DNA of 64,000 nucleotides from Vicugna vicugna (taxonomy: Eukaryota): NCBI GenBank assembly GCA_013265495.1, contig MU057944.1, positions 62,001 through 126,000 on the forward strand. The letters are read 5' to 3'. This document shows positions 24,577 to 35,300 of the stretch, in pieces. Position 1 is the first letter of the stretch. Every line of letters begins with the position of its first letter. A program made the translations under genes and the position numbers. The notes below the pieces were generated by a model. It did not search any database. It was not told the DNA's origin and saw only the letters and a list, made by a program, of their open reading frames with translations.

Positions 24577-26084
24577 GTCATGCAGCTGCATCTCCTCCTT
24601 CCACAGTGGGAGTACTGAGCCCCGGGGAGGAACGGTGTCACTCCAAGTGGCAGAGCCCAGTCCCTCCTGACTTCAGGCAGGTGTTTTTTTTTCACTGGGC
24701 CATGCTGCCTCTTCCATCATGAAATATTGACCAGCTTCCTGTCTACAATTGAGTTTGTTCAAACAATTTGCTGCCACTAAAGCAAACTGGCCGCTGTTTG
24801 CTTTGTTAAGTAATGATTTTCTCCCGGGGTTCTTGGGGTCCACACATCCACCGCGGCCGCCTTTCACCCTGCCTGCCTTGGTCCCTTCACCTCCCGGTCC
24901 TGACGGCCCAGCCCCGGAAAACAAAGCTTTCGTCCCAATCGGGTGACGTGGAGAGGAGCTTCACCTGTGACCTTTGGAGGTGGAGGTGCCGGGGGAAATT
25001 TCAGACGGAGAAATCCCACGAGTCAGGCAGAAGAACAGACGTGGAGTCAGTGAAGAGACTGGGCTAGAGGAGTCAGTGTAGGGGCCTCAGCCTGGAGACG
25101 GGGCTGGAAACGCTGTGGGGATGCGAAATCAGAGACAAGAGTGCTCGAGGGGAAGAGGAGAAAATACATCTGCGTCAAGGCCCTTTGGGGCCAGTCCGCC
25201 TCTGGATTGCTTAAGCGAAGAGGAGGATTTGTTGAGAAGACACTGGAATTTCACAGAATCCAAACAGAAGGGGGGCATTCAGGCCCCAGGAAGGATGGGA
25301 GCCCGAGATGGGGGGGCAGGGGAGGAACCAGGCAGCCCCTCCCTCGGTGTCTCACTCCAGGGCTGCCTGTCTTCCTGTCCCCAGGCGTGAGTTCTGATGC
25401 CCTCGCACGGAGCAGAAAGCTGACTCTACCTGGCCACGCCCTGAGAAAAGTGCATTTCCCACACAACAAGAAGTCTGGAAGTAGGGAGGCCCCCGTGGGT
25501 TCATTTCCAGGCTCTGAGGGGTGTTCAGGCCTCTGGCTTTTCCTGTCCCTCCCCTGGGCCACCCTCGGCAGAGGGCTTTGCCACCAGCGCACCCCCTCCG
25601 TGGCCTCAAGGTGGCTGCCGCGTGAAGGCAGGGCATCCCTGACCCGGGAAGGGGGCTGTTCTTTCCCGGGAGTCTCCTCTGTGTCAGCCCCCCGGGAGCT
25701 TCCCCCAGCCCTCCCCCAGGCCTCGCCGGCGTAGCTGGGCCACACGCTCATCTCTGGGTCAGTGGCTGGCGGGATGGAGGGGATTGGCTCAAGGTCCCAT
25801 GGAGAGAGCAGGCGTTCCCAACAAAATAGGGATTCTGTTGGACAGTCGGGCAGGCTCCGACTCCCAGCTCCTAGTTCCTAGAAGAGAGTCTGCTGCAGCC
25901 AGCTCAAGTCGGGTGACAGCCCTGCCCATCACAGTGGATCACCGTGCAGACATGGCTGTGGGGCCACCTCTGGGAGAGAAGGGGGCCACTTCCAATGGAG
26001 GAAGTGATCGGGTGGCTGTGAAGGTACCCCAGGGGTACCTCCTGCACAGCCTTGGAAAACATGGAGATTAAAGAGAATAGATGC

Positions 26085-26157
26085 GGGGGGTGGGGGTGTA
26101 TGTAGCTCAGTGGTAGAGCGCATGCTTAGCATGCACAAAGTCCTGGGTTCAGTCCAG
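26085..26157 (+). mobile_element. Camelid tRNA-derived SINE (Vic-1-like), 3'-truncated
   Basis: A box tagctcagtgg, agagcgcatgcttagcatgcac, B box-like ggttcagtcc; no A-rich tail. Confidence 0.85.
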
Positions 26158-27404
26158 ATGCTGATTCAGGTCGGGGCGCAGTGCAGGGGAGGGTTGTTTA
26201 GCTCCTCTTAGTGACCCTGAGAAGAGGAGAAGGGGGCTGGAGAGAGGGAGAAAGGCCAGATGAATTGGGGAGGGGAGGAGAGAGGGGAACTGGGGTTACT
26301 GCATGAACCTTCTCTGCCACTTACCAATAAAAATAGAGGGACACTCGGTCCTGAGAGCTGTGTTAAAGAAAAGCAGTGACAGCCTTTGCAGTGCTTCAGC
26401 CTAAGGGTGCAGGAACGGAGCCCTGGGCAGACCTGAGCGGAGCGGGGAACTCACACAAGTTTCAGAGTCAAGGGAGCTGAGCTTGCAGCCTGACCGCCAC
26501 CCGCCCGCTCATACCCTTGTCCTGACGGTGAAGAAAAGAAGGCACCTAACACGGTCCCCAGAACGTGGGCACTGTCCCCGGGGTGGTGGCAGAGGGTCGT
26601 TGTACTACTGTCATTGTCATCATCATCGTCACACCCTTATCACCTCACCAGGCCTCAGGGCTGCCGCCTCTTGTATCTGGGGCTGGTCTCCGTGGCATTT
26701 TTTTTACTCGTGCTTGCAACTTTGTACCTGGTTCTGTATTTGACTTCTGCAGCAGTGGATTCTTTGTCTTGGCTCCATGAGCCATGAGGGTTTTTTTAAT
26801 TATTATTCTTTTAAGATTCTTTTTCAAGTTCTACGTTGAGCGGCTGTTGAGATGCAGGCTTTTCTGTTCGGGTATTGAAGCTGGTTCTGGCCGTTTGGCT
26901 GTTAGCACGCTGATCCTTTTGCCTTGTCCCCCCTCTCTGTTCCCCTCAGAGGCGTGCTCAGAACACACCCTGCTCTCCCACAGCCTGGTTTGCCCATAGC
27001 CATCTCCGAGCCCTCGCCACTGCCCTGGGACTAAACAGGGACCATCCAAGTCTTTGGCAAAAGCAAGAGTTGCTTTTTGATTCGTGTTAACTCGAAGGCG
27101 CAGGTGGTCCACACCAGGCTGTGAAGGCGCCGGGCCGGAGAGCTCAGTCCAGCTCTTAGGGAGCTTAGGATGCTCGGCGAGCCGACGGGATGCAGGGACA
27201 TTACTCCTCTCTTGACCCAGCCTCTGCCGTCTCCACCTGGAACATCACTAGCTCCATTTCTCTTCAGCCGTCCTAGAAAATGACCTCTCTGTTGCTTTCT
27301 TGTGGTTTCCTTTTGTTCTTTTCCAGGCATCCCATGCTATCTCTAGACTGTATTTAAGTAAATGTGTATTGATGCTTGCCCTGGGCTGAGAAATACTGCA
27401 ACGA

Positions 27405-27625
27405 TGTCGTAATAGAATGGACCCTACATCCAGGTGTAAGTGCTTTGTGGTTAGAGCTCACGTGGTTCTTACAAAACCTCAGTGAGCCACTTTTACCATC
27501 ACTCCGTTTTTCAGAGGAGCAAACTTTTGAGGCACAGAGACGAAGTCACTGGCCCAAAGACACACAGCTAGTACCTGACAAAGCTGGGACTGGAACCCAG
27601 GTCCTCTGCTTAATCCCCAAGCACT
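27405..27625 (-). mobile_element. MIR SINE
   Basis: tttttcagaggagcaaacttttgaggcacagagacgaagtcactggcccaaagacacacagctagt...gggactggaacccagg. Confidence 0.8.
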
Positions 27626-28669
27626 GCTCGTCCCCCCTGTAGACCTTCTCCTGCATGTTCTTGACCGTGCCTTTCCTGTCCTGCCTCTCCACTCACAGGT
27701 TCCTGTGACCACAGCCCTCCCCTCTCACTTGCCATTGTCAGTTTAGCCCTGTTTCTCCAGCCCACACTGTCCAGGAGGACACCGAGAAGTCCCAGCACTT
27801 AGCCCAAGGTCCGGCACGTGGTCAGTGCTCAGGGAGCTTGTTCCAAATTGTGGACAGCTGGATGGATGGTCACAACACTCCAGAGATTAAGTAGCTCCCC
27901 CGAGGCCACACAGCAAGGAAGGGGCTGACCCTGGGCTCATTCCCAAATGCTCAAACCTCTGGTCCAACTGACCTCCGAGCTCCCCTGCCTCTTGGGAGCC
28001 CCCTGCTTCCCCATCCCAGGCTGCCTCCTTTGATTGCTCCTCCCAGGATGCAAAAGAAAGAATAGGCGAAAAGAAGGGGAAATGACCCAGCATCTGATGA
28101 CAGGCATGTACAAATTATCTGTCGATGCTCAGAATGGGCAGGAACTCGACTCATTGTCAGGCGCTCCGAGGCTGGCCATATGGGTTTATTTTTGTGGATT
28201 TTGTGTTGTGAACTCGAGTTTCTGTTAAACACAGGGTGAGTCATCGTCTGCTGCTGCGGTTGCATCCCAGCCTGCTCCGCCTTCACCAGAAAATGCTACA
28301 GAGCGCCCCGCCGCCCCCTGGAGGTGGGATGCCCGGTTCCCCCGGGACGTCACCCCCTCCCTGTGCCTCCCGGGCCTCGGTCCCCACCTCGGCCCCTCTT
28401 CTCTCCCATCGGTGGTTCTGTCAGTTTCACATCTATTTCCCCAGCGAGACTGTAAGTTCTTCTGGGGCAGTGACAGGTTTTTTTCCAAAATCTCGGTTTC
28501 TGTAGAACCTGAGGTGCCCACATGGCCAACATGCACCTGTTGAAGGATGAACGCCATTTTTGCTTGCTTTATTATTGGTGTGCCTGGCTGGGAATCGGGG
28601 TTAGAAAGAGCTCAGGTGGCTTTTGCCCACATCTAATTTCACCGAGGACAAGTTAATTCAGGGAAAAGA

Positions 28670-28860
28670 ATACAGACTTGGGGGTCAGACCAGATGGGGT
28701 TCAAACCCTCGCTCAGCTGCCGTGGGATTTGGGGCCCGCCAAGCCTCCCTGTCTCAGTGTCTTTATTCACACTGTGGGAACTGCTCTCCACCCACCCAGC
28801 GGAGTTGCCTTACAGGCTAAATAACATCGTGCATGCAAGGCTCTGCGCACCTTGGCCTGT
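28670..28860 (+). mobile_element. MIR SINE (decayed)
   Basis: ggggtcagaccagatggggttcaaaccctcgctc...ctgtctcagtgtctttattcac. Confidence 0.6.
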
Positions 28861-29410
28861 CTCCTCACCTGGAAAAAGAACAGGGACTCGTGGATCCAGT
28901 CCTGAGGCCTCTGCTGTCAAAAGTAACCTTCCCTGATGCTGTCTCAGGGGTCCAACCGAGCCAGTGACCGACTTGAGAAAACGCTAGAATGAGGTCTGAG
29001 CATTCTGGGTGCAGGGTTTTGTTATAGCATGCTCACGGCAGACCTGGAGGATGATAAAAGTGCCCAGGCAATGGCTGTTGGATTCAAGAGAAGGGCTGGT
29101 GGGAAACAGAGGGAGTTCCAGAAGGGAGTTCTTGAGAACAAACCTCAAAGGGGCCCTCCCCACCCCAGGTCCTTCCCAGAAGGTTCACAGGGGTCTTTCT
29201 GCCGGCAGGCTTTGGCTTTCTGGATAAAGCAACCATCTGACCATGGGAAGGCTGCAGACCAGTGATGAATGGAAACGTTAATGGGATTTATAAACCCTCA
29301 GCCCTTTTAAGGATAACCTTCGTAAGGGGGGACAGGAGCCCCCATCTTGAGTTTCACATGTCACAAGAAACACTAGAAATAGGCTGGGGTTGCTTTTTCT
29401 TCTCACGTTT

Positions 29411-29606
29411 GTTTTTTTGAAGTATAGTCAGTTTACAATGTTGTGTCAATTTCTGGTGTCCAGCACGATGCTTCAGTCACACATGAGTATACATGTATTC
29501 ATTTTCATTCTTTTTCATGCTAAGCTACTACAAGATATTGAATATAGTTCCCTGTGCTATACAGCATAAACTTGCTTATCTATTTTATATACACCAGTCA
29601 GTATCT
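29411..29606 (-). mobile_element. Lineage-specific (artiodactyl/camelid-type) L1 3' end, severely 5'-truncated
   Basis: tttttttgaagtatagtcagtttacaatgttgtgtcaatttctggtg...tacaagatattgaatatagttccctgtgctatacag. Confidence 0.85.
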
Positions 29607-29689
29607 TTATTCCTCCTGTTTGCATAGAAGGTGGCTATGTCCCTTTCTTGTCTGAAGATTAGGGTTAAATGATACAGCTAGAGACAGAG

Positions 29690-29830
29690 GGCCAGTGCTC
29701 AAGCCAGAGATGACACGTGCCAGCACACGTGTCATGACTCAGCCCTCCCTGCTCACGGCAGACATGCACAATTGATCATCGCACTCTCTACCCCATCCCC
29801 GGAATGGATCACCTAGTCCCAGTTCAGGGA
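29690..29830. mobile_element. MER102-like hAT-Charlie fragment
   Basis: ccctgctcacggcagacatgcacaattgatcatcgcactct resembles MER102 sequence. Confidence 0.5.
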
Positions 29831-30309
29831 ACGTTCAGGCCAGAAATGTAATTGTGGCATTTTCTCTTAGCAAACACTTTCTCCAAAAAGGGGAAAAACA
29901 ATATACATATTACAGTTAAAACATGGACCAGTGTGCCATGTAAATATTCAGGACCCTGGGGATTCCATCTCAGTGGTCTTATTATCTGCCTATTTTACTT
30001 GAGTATAAACAATAAATACATTGCAAATTATTAATGGAAAACCACGTGTAAGAATTACAGCGATTACCAATCAATTGGATGGAATAATTACTATAATCAC
30101 GGGGTAATTAGATTCTTCCTGGCCTGAGAGGAGAGTGCATGAGCTCTGGGATTGATTCTTTTGTTCAGCAGAGTCTCAGAACCAGGAAAGAGAGAGTCTT
30201 GAACTCCAAGGCAGCCAAACTGACAACTGTAAATTGGGGTGGCAGTCCCTAGTACCCACAAGGAGGAAGACATCCATTACCAATGTGTTCAGTAGAATGT
30301 TGCAGAACC

Positions 30310-30790
30310 CCTGAATAAAGGCAGCTCAGGCTGTGGGGTTTGTTTTGCTTCTCCACCAAATAGGAAATTGAGAGGTCAGTAGAACTGGACTGGTGTCGCA
30401 GCGACATCGAGGACCAGCCTCTTTCATCTTCCCAAGTCGCCAGCCAGAGGTTGGCGGTTTGTCACTTCGTGATCACAAGATGGCTGCTGATGCTCCAGGC
30501 ACCACATTGACATTTAAGGCAGGAAGAAAATAGAAGAGACATTGACAGCCACATTTGTCCTTTTTCTTATTGGGAGAGCCCTCAGGAGACTTCTAATTTT
30601 GTCCCATTGGCCAGGCCAGGGTCACATGATCACCTTTGTGGCAAAATAGGAGACAGGATATTTGGGTTGGCTCAGGCCAACCGTGATTCTTCACCTGGAG
30701 CTGAGTCTGTTGTCACTCTGAACAGCAGGGATCCTGTTAGTGAAAAAGGAGAGGCTGGAAATTGGGAGAACAACTAATAGTGTCTGTGTC
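30310..30790 (-). mobile_element. MLT1K/L-like LTR
   Basis: tcacaagatggctgctgatgctccaggcacc...cccattggccaggccagggtcacatg...gggagaacaactaatagtgtctg. Confidence 0.65.
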
Positions 30791-31047
30791 AGATACTCCA
30801 GGAGACCATGCCCCGTGTCCCTCTGAGATATGACAGGCTTCAACAGGGAAAGACCTATACAGGACTTTGTTGTTCCTTGTTCATTCTTTCAACACGTATG
30901 TAATTGGTGCCTAGTGGATGCTAGGTTAGGAGAAGTACAGAATTACTTAGGAATAAACAATAGAGAGAGAGGGCATCACAGAAAACTTTGTTGGAAGAGT
31001 GACATTGAAGCCAAGAATGGAAAATGAGTAAGAGGTGGCCACCTTGT

Positions 31048-31078
31048 CGTGTGTGTGCGTGCGCGCGCGCGTGTGTGT
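31048..31078. repeat. Alternating purine-pyrimidine (GT)n(GC)n(GT)n tract
   Basis: cgtgtgtgtgcgtgcgcgcgcgcgtgtgtgt, 31 bp uninterrupted alternation. Confidence 0.9.
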
Positions 31079-31240
31079 TGAGGTGGGATGGGCAGGGGGA
31101 TGCAGGAGGGGCCGACAGGAGGAGAAGTGAGTATTGCAGACCGACAGAACAGCGCATTTGAGGGTCTCAGCAGAGGAAGAGGCAGGATCCGTTTCCAGAA
31201 ATGAGAGAAGGTACAGCCAAAGCATAGAAAGTGAGCCTGA

Positions 31241-31365
31241 GGGGGGTGGGTGTCGCTCAGTGGTGGAGCGCGTGCCTAGCATGCACGAGATCCTGGGTTC
31301 AGTCCCCAGCACCTCCACAAATAAATTACTTACTTACTTATTCACTTAATTAATTAATTTTAAAA
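31241..31365 (+). mobile_element. Camelid tRNA-derived SINE (Vic-1-like) inserted in an L2 relic
   Basis: gggtgtcgctcagtggtggagcgcgtgcctagcatgcacgagatcctgggttcagtccccagcacctcca plus AT-rich tail; L2-like sequence on both sides (~30880-31430). Confidence 0.85.
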
Positions 31366-31509
31366 AGACCAAATACCAGAGGATCTTAAGAGCCAACCTG
31401 AGTTTAAACTTTGTCCTAAAGGTCATGTCTGCCCCAGCCCTCGCTAGTGGGGAGCAGGTAAAAGTGACACCAGCCACTAGCCCCCAGCCCACGAGCCTTC
31501 TTCGTGGCT

Positions 31510-31990
31510 GTATTGGCCAAGACTCTTGGTTAGGTGAAGGAAAATGATTTAATTTTTAAAAAGCTGGGAGAGGGTAGTTACCAGTGCATGTCACTGGCAG
31601 ATCCGAGGGGAGCTGGCTTTAGGCACAGCTGGAGCCAGGGGCTCAAATGATCTCGTCATAAATCTCTCTCTTTCCAGACTCTTTCTTCTTTTGTGCTGTC
31701 TTCCTTCTCAGACAGGCTCTCCCTGAATCATAGCGAGTGGCCATCAGAAGCTTTAGACTCGTGTTCTGTGAATCTTGGACCAGAAAGGAAATAGAAGAAG
31801 TTCCAGCTCTAGGGAGCATCCTCTTGGGCGAGATGGCCGTCCCCGAACTGACCACTGAGGTCCAGAGATGCTGTGCCTTATTTAACAGGCAGGCTGGAGT
31901 CAGGTTTCTGCCCCGGGGCCCACAGACTGAGCCACGAGAGAGGGAAGAAATTGAGGTGCTGTTACGCTCAGGTAGACTGAATGCCAGGTG
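31510..31990 (-). mobile_element. MLT1J/K-like LTR, decayed
   Basis: caagactcttggtt...ggctttaggcacagctggagccaggggctcaaatga...gtccccgaactgaccactg. Confidence 0.55.
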
Positions 31991-32237
31991 GCCCCTCCTG
32001 CCTCTGACCTCTGACTTCACTTGTCATTGCCTGGACCTCTCCTGTGTTTGCCAGACTCCTGCTCTCCTGGGCCCCTTCCTGCTGCCCATCCCCAAGACCT
32101 GATGATTCGCACGAGCTCCCCGACATGGACCCTCGGTCCCCCTCCACCCAGGCTGGAAGTGCTTCTCATGCTCTGCATAATTCCCAGCTTCGGTTCCCTC
32201 TGCAGCTGTTGCTATGGCCCCTCTGAGGGAAGTGGGA

Positions 32238-32269
32238 CCCCTCCCTCCCTCCCTCCCCTCCCCTCCCCC
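32238..32269. repeat. (CCCT)n polypyrimidine tract
   Basis: cccctccctccctccctcccctcccctccccc. Confidence 0.85.
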
Positions 32270-32659
32270 ACCTCACAGAACCTGGCCACCATCGCTGGCT
32301 AATTCTGTTTTAATAAAGTGCTGAAGCCTCCTTATGTTCCATAATTGGGAACATGGGCCCCGTGTGTTGCCTTCTGTTCAGCAGGGCTCCTCAGCTGCCC
32401 AGCCTGCGTGCCGCCATGAAGGCATCGATTTATTCTGTCTAACACACAGCACTGCCTGTTTGTGCTCTCCATCTGACAAGAAGCATTGAGCCTACCTCCC
32501 AGGTTCAACAGAAGTATGAACAGAAATCCATCTGGACTCTGAGTTAACGGAGTGTCTTGCCCACTGAATGGGAACCTGAGACAGGGAAGTAACGAGCAAC
32601 TTTGCCAAGGTGCAGGCCACCCCTGCCCGACCTTGAAGGGAAGGGATCCTCCAAAACCC

Positions 32660-33075
32660 TGTGTTATTCAAGACTCTTTGGGTTGCAAGTGGCAGAAACG
32701 CAACTCAAACAGGCAGAAGCAAAGATAAGTGAATTTATTAGCTCTTGAAAGTGAAAATCCAAGAATGTCTGGCTTCAGGCATGGCTGGATCCTGGGGCTT
32801 AAAAGATGTCATCGGTACTTGATATCATCTCTCTCTCTCTCTTCTCTTCTCTCCCTCTCTCCCCACCCTGGCCCAACCCGCCCCCAACTCTGGGATCTGC
32901 TTTCCTGTGTGCTCTCCATAAAGCTGGATGTCTCCCATACTATCCACAGAATTTCCAAGACACATCTTCAGAGCATAGCACCTTCAGCAGGGAAAGTGTG
33001 TCTCTTGCCCACATTTCCCAGCAGACATCCTCTGGCTCTTAGTCTTTGGCTGGCTCAGCTTCTGTCATGGATCTA
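32660..33075 (-). mobile_element. MLT1J/K-like LTR
   Basis: caagactctttgggttgcaagtggcagaaacgcaactcaaac...tctggcttcaggcatggctggatcctggggctt. Confidence 0.7.
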
Positions 33076-33082
33076 TGCACGG

Positions 33083-33353
33083 CCCACAAACCAAGAATGG
33101 TTTTTACACTGTAAAATAGCTGGAGGAAAAAAAAAAAACCAAAAGAACAGTACAGAGTGGCATGTGAAAATTATATGAAATCCAAAATTATATGAAATGC
33201 AAATTTACTGGAACACAGCCATGCTCGCCTGCGTTGTCTAAGGCGGCCTTGGTGCTGCAGCGGCAGGGGGATCAGCTGAGGCAGACTGCGTGGCTCACAA
33301 AGCTGGAGATGTGTACTGTCGGGCCCTTTACAGAAAAAGTCTGCCACCCCCTG
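33083..33353. mobile_element. MER58B-like hAT-Charlie element
   Basis: aagaatggtttttaca...gtgaaaattatatgaaat...tactggaacacagccatgctc...gccctttacagaaaaagtctgccaccccctg. Confidence 0.8.
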
Positions 33354-34099
33354 GTCTGGACACTCGGTGTAGCCCATGGGATGCTTGAGTCAGGGACTCG
33401 CCCTTGGAGTCTAGGGGAGGAGTCAGCCCCGCAGACCGTGGGATGAGAGTGGCAGAGGGCTTCCAGAGGAGAAAGCTGCCAAAAATGCCTGCCTTCCTAG
33501 AACTTAGAGCCTCCTGGAATTATTCTTCTTATTCTTATATAATGATGATCTAGCCGTGCCAGTTGTTGTAAAACTGAGTCTCGATTGGGTGGACGTGAGG
33601 CATGCTTCTATTTTCAGTGATTTTCTGAAGAAGAAGGCTTCTTTCGGCCGGGCCACTCACAAAAAAAGAGGAGGTTCCCTCACGGTTCCATGCAGTTCTG
33701 TGCCAGGTTAAAGCAGTTTTCACAAGCAAGTTTTACAACAGTTTGTCAGAGACCGATGGGTCTGCGACACTCATTCATCAAAAACACCCATCCCAGCAGC
33801 AGGACTGGAGCTGCTCGCCACCCCCGGAGCGGTCTTGCTTCCTGTCAAGTGTGACGAGAGAAGGCTCCACCTGCCTCATGTCTGCTTTGCCCTGTGGTGG
33901 CCACCAACGTGTCTTGCCTTAAAGGCTGCGGTAAGGAGAGAGGATTGCAACTATGACTAGCTCTAAATGTGAGAGAAATGAAAACCAGTGGTAAAGCTTC
34001 TTGGTAACTGCAGAGCAAATCCAAAAAGAAGGAGAGAATGAGGAACGGGCTGCAGTCTCCTTTAAAAGACCCTATTAATGAATATGAAGGTTTTTAGGT

Positions 34100-34815
34100 A
34101 AGACATTTTTAAATGACACCCACAGACCCCCCAGCCCCACCCCACTGAGGGACTAGAAAGTGACCCGCCCGGCTGAGGACACCTGTGGGTCCTTCCCAGC
34201 CCATCCCCACCCCAGGTAACCCCTGTCCTGAGTCCTGTCTTTCTCAGTACGTCTGATCTCATTGTGCACAGGCTCTGTCTTGAATTTCCTGTCACCTCTT
34301 TGCTTATTTTCTTTGACATCTCACCGCATGTTTATAGATCGGCAAATATTTTTTTAATTTTTAAAACTTTTACAAGCATGTCATGCTGTACGTAGGCTTT
34401 GTGCCTCGCTTTTGTCACTGACGTTCTCTTGCTCAAATGCACCCGTGCTCTTTTGTGTAGCTGTGGTTCAGTCGGCTTCACTGCTGTGTGCTATTCTTCT
34501 GTGTGCGTATGAGGCGGCTTAGCTAACCGCTGTGCCCACGATGCACCCTTGCGGTACGTCTGGGCCAGGGGTGGATAATTGTCAGTAACGCCACTCGGAA
34601 TGTTCTCAGCCATGACTTCTGGAACGTCTCTTGGGTTTAGAGCTAGGAGTGCCATCTCTGGGTTGTGGGGTGTACGGTGAACTGGCAAGTCTCAGCCGAG
34701 GAGAAAGAGTCACACTCTCCTGCTCGACTTTACAAGATCATGTTCAAGTAGGTTCCCAAGTGGCCCTCTTGATCCCGCTCCCTGGTTGTAAGCAGGGTCC
34801 GCTTTCTGATTTTTA
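34100..34815 (-). mobile_element. Old L1ME-like fragment(s)
   Basis: ccccaggtaacccctg...catgctgtacgtaggctttgtgcctcgcttttgtcact...tgtgtagctgtggttca...ctaggagtgccatctctgggttgtggggt. Confidence 0.55.
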
Positions 34816-35074
34816 AACCTGCTCAGGGTCTGCACTTCATCCACTCAGCTTCGAGGAAAAGAGAGACGGACAAGCTGCCCACACCTTCCGTAAACAACGC
34901 CTCCCAGGGGCGTCGTGCACGTTCCGTGCCTCAGCTCAGCCCATGGCAGGGGACTGTCCGACTACCAATGTGCTCCCCAAAACTGCCCCGTTCTGCCACC
35001 TCAGGGCGCCAACGCTTGGCTCTTCTTCTGTATTATCCCCCAGATGCATAGAAGAAAATTTCTCATGAGTACTG

Positions 35075-35300
35075 GTTAGGACTAGGGTCTCTAAAGTGGT
35101 CTGTCAGGGTTTAAATCCTAGCCCCATCTCTTCACTAGCTGGGACCCTTTGGACAAGTTCCCCCTCCTTCCCTGGCATCAATTTCCATGAGCTGCGGATG
35201 AGGAGGTCCACTGAGTCATCACCGTGATGATTAACTGAGGCCAATACCTGCTTAGAACAGTGTCTGGCATAGAGTAGACATTCAATAAGCGCTAGGCATC
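35075..35300 (+). mobile_element. MIR SINE
   Basis: gggtttaaatcctagcccc...cactagctggg...cttagaacagtgtctggcatagagtagacattcaataa. Confidence 0.75.

Noticed and set aside
26095..26157. tRNA gene (also at ~31245, ~39905 and ~63335)
   Set aside because: A and B boxes are present, but the copies are divergent, lack a proper acceptor stem, and three continue into SINE tails; they are SINE heads
29394..29623. TSD around the truncated lineage-specific L1
   Set aside because: The flanks match at only about 12 of 17 positions in pyrimidine-rich sequence; too weak to call
33167..33200. Direct repeat aaaattatatgaaat twice
   Set aside because: Local duplication inside a MER58B-like relic; two units only, not an array
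33606..33936. Possible exon (acceptor ttctattttcag ending 33617, donor gtaagg ~33931)
   Set aside because: All three frames hit stop codons early and there is no transcript evidence; such splice-like motifs are common
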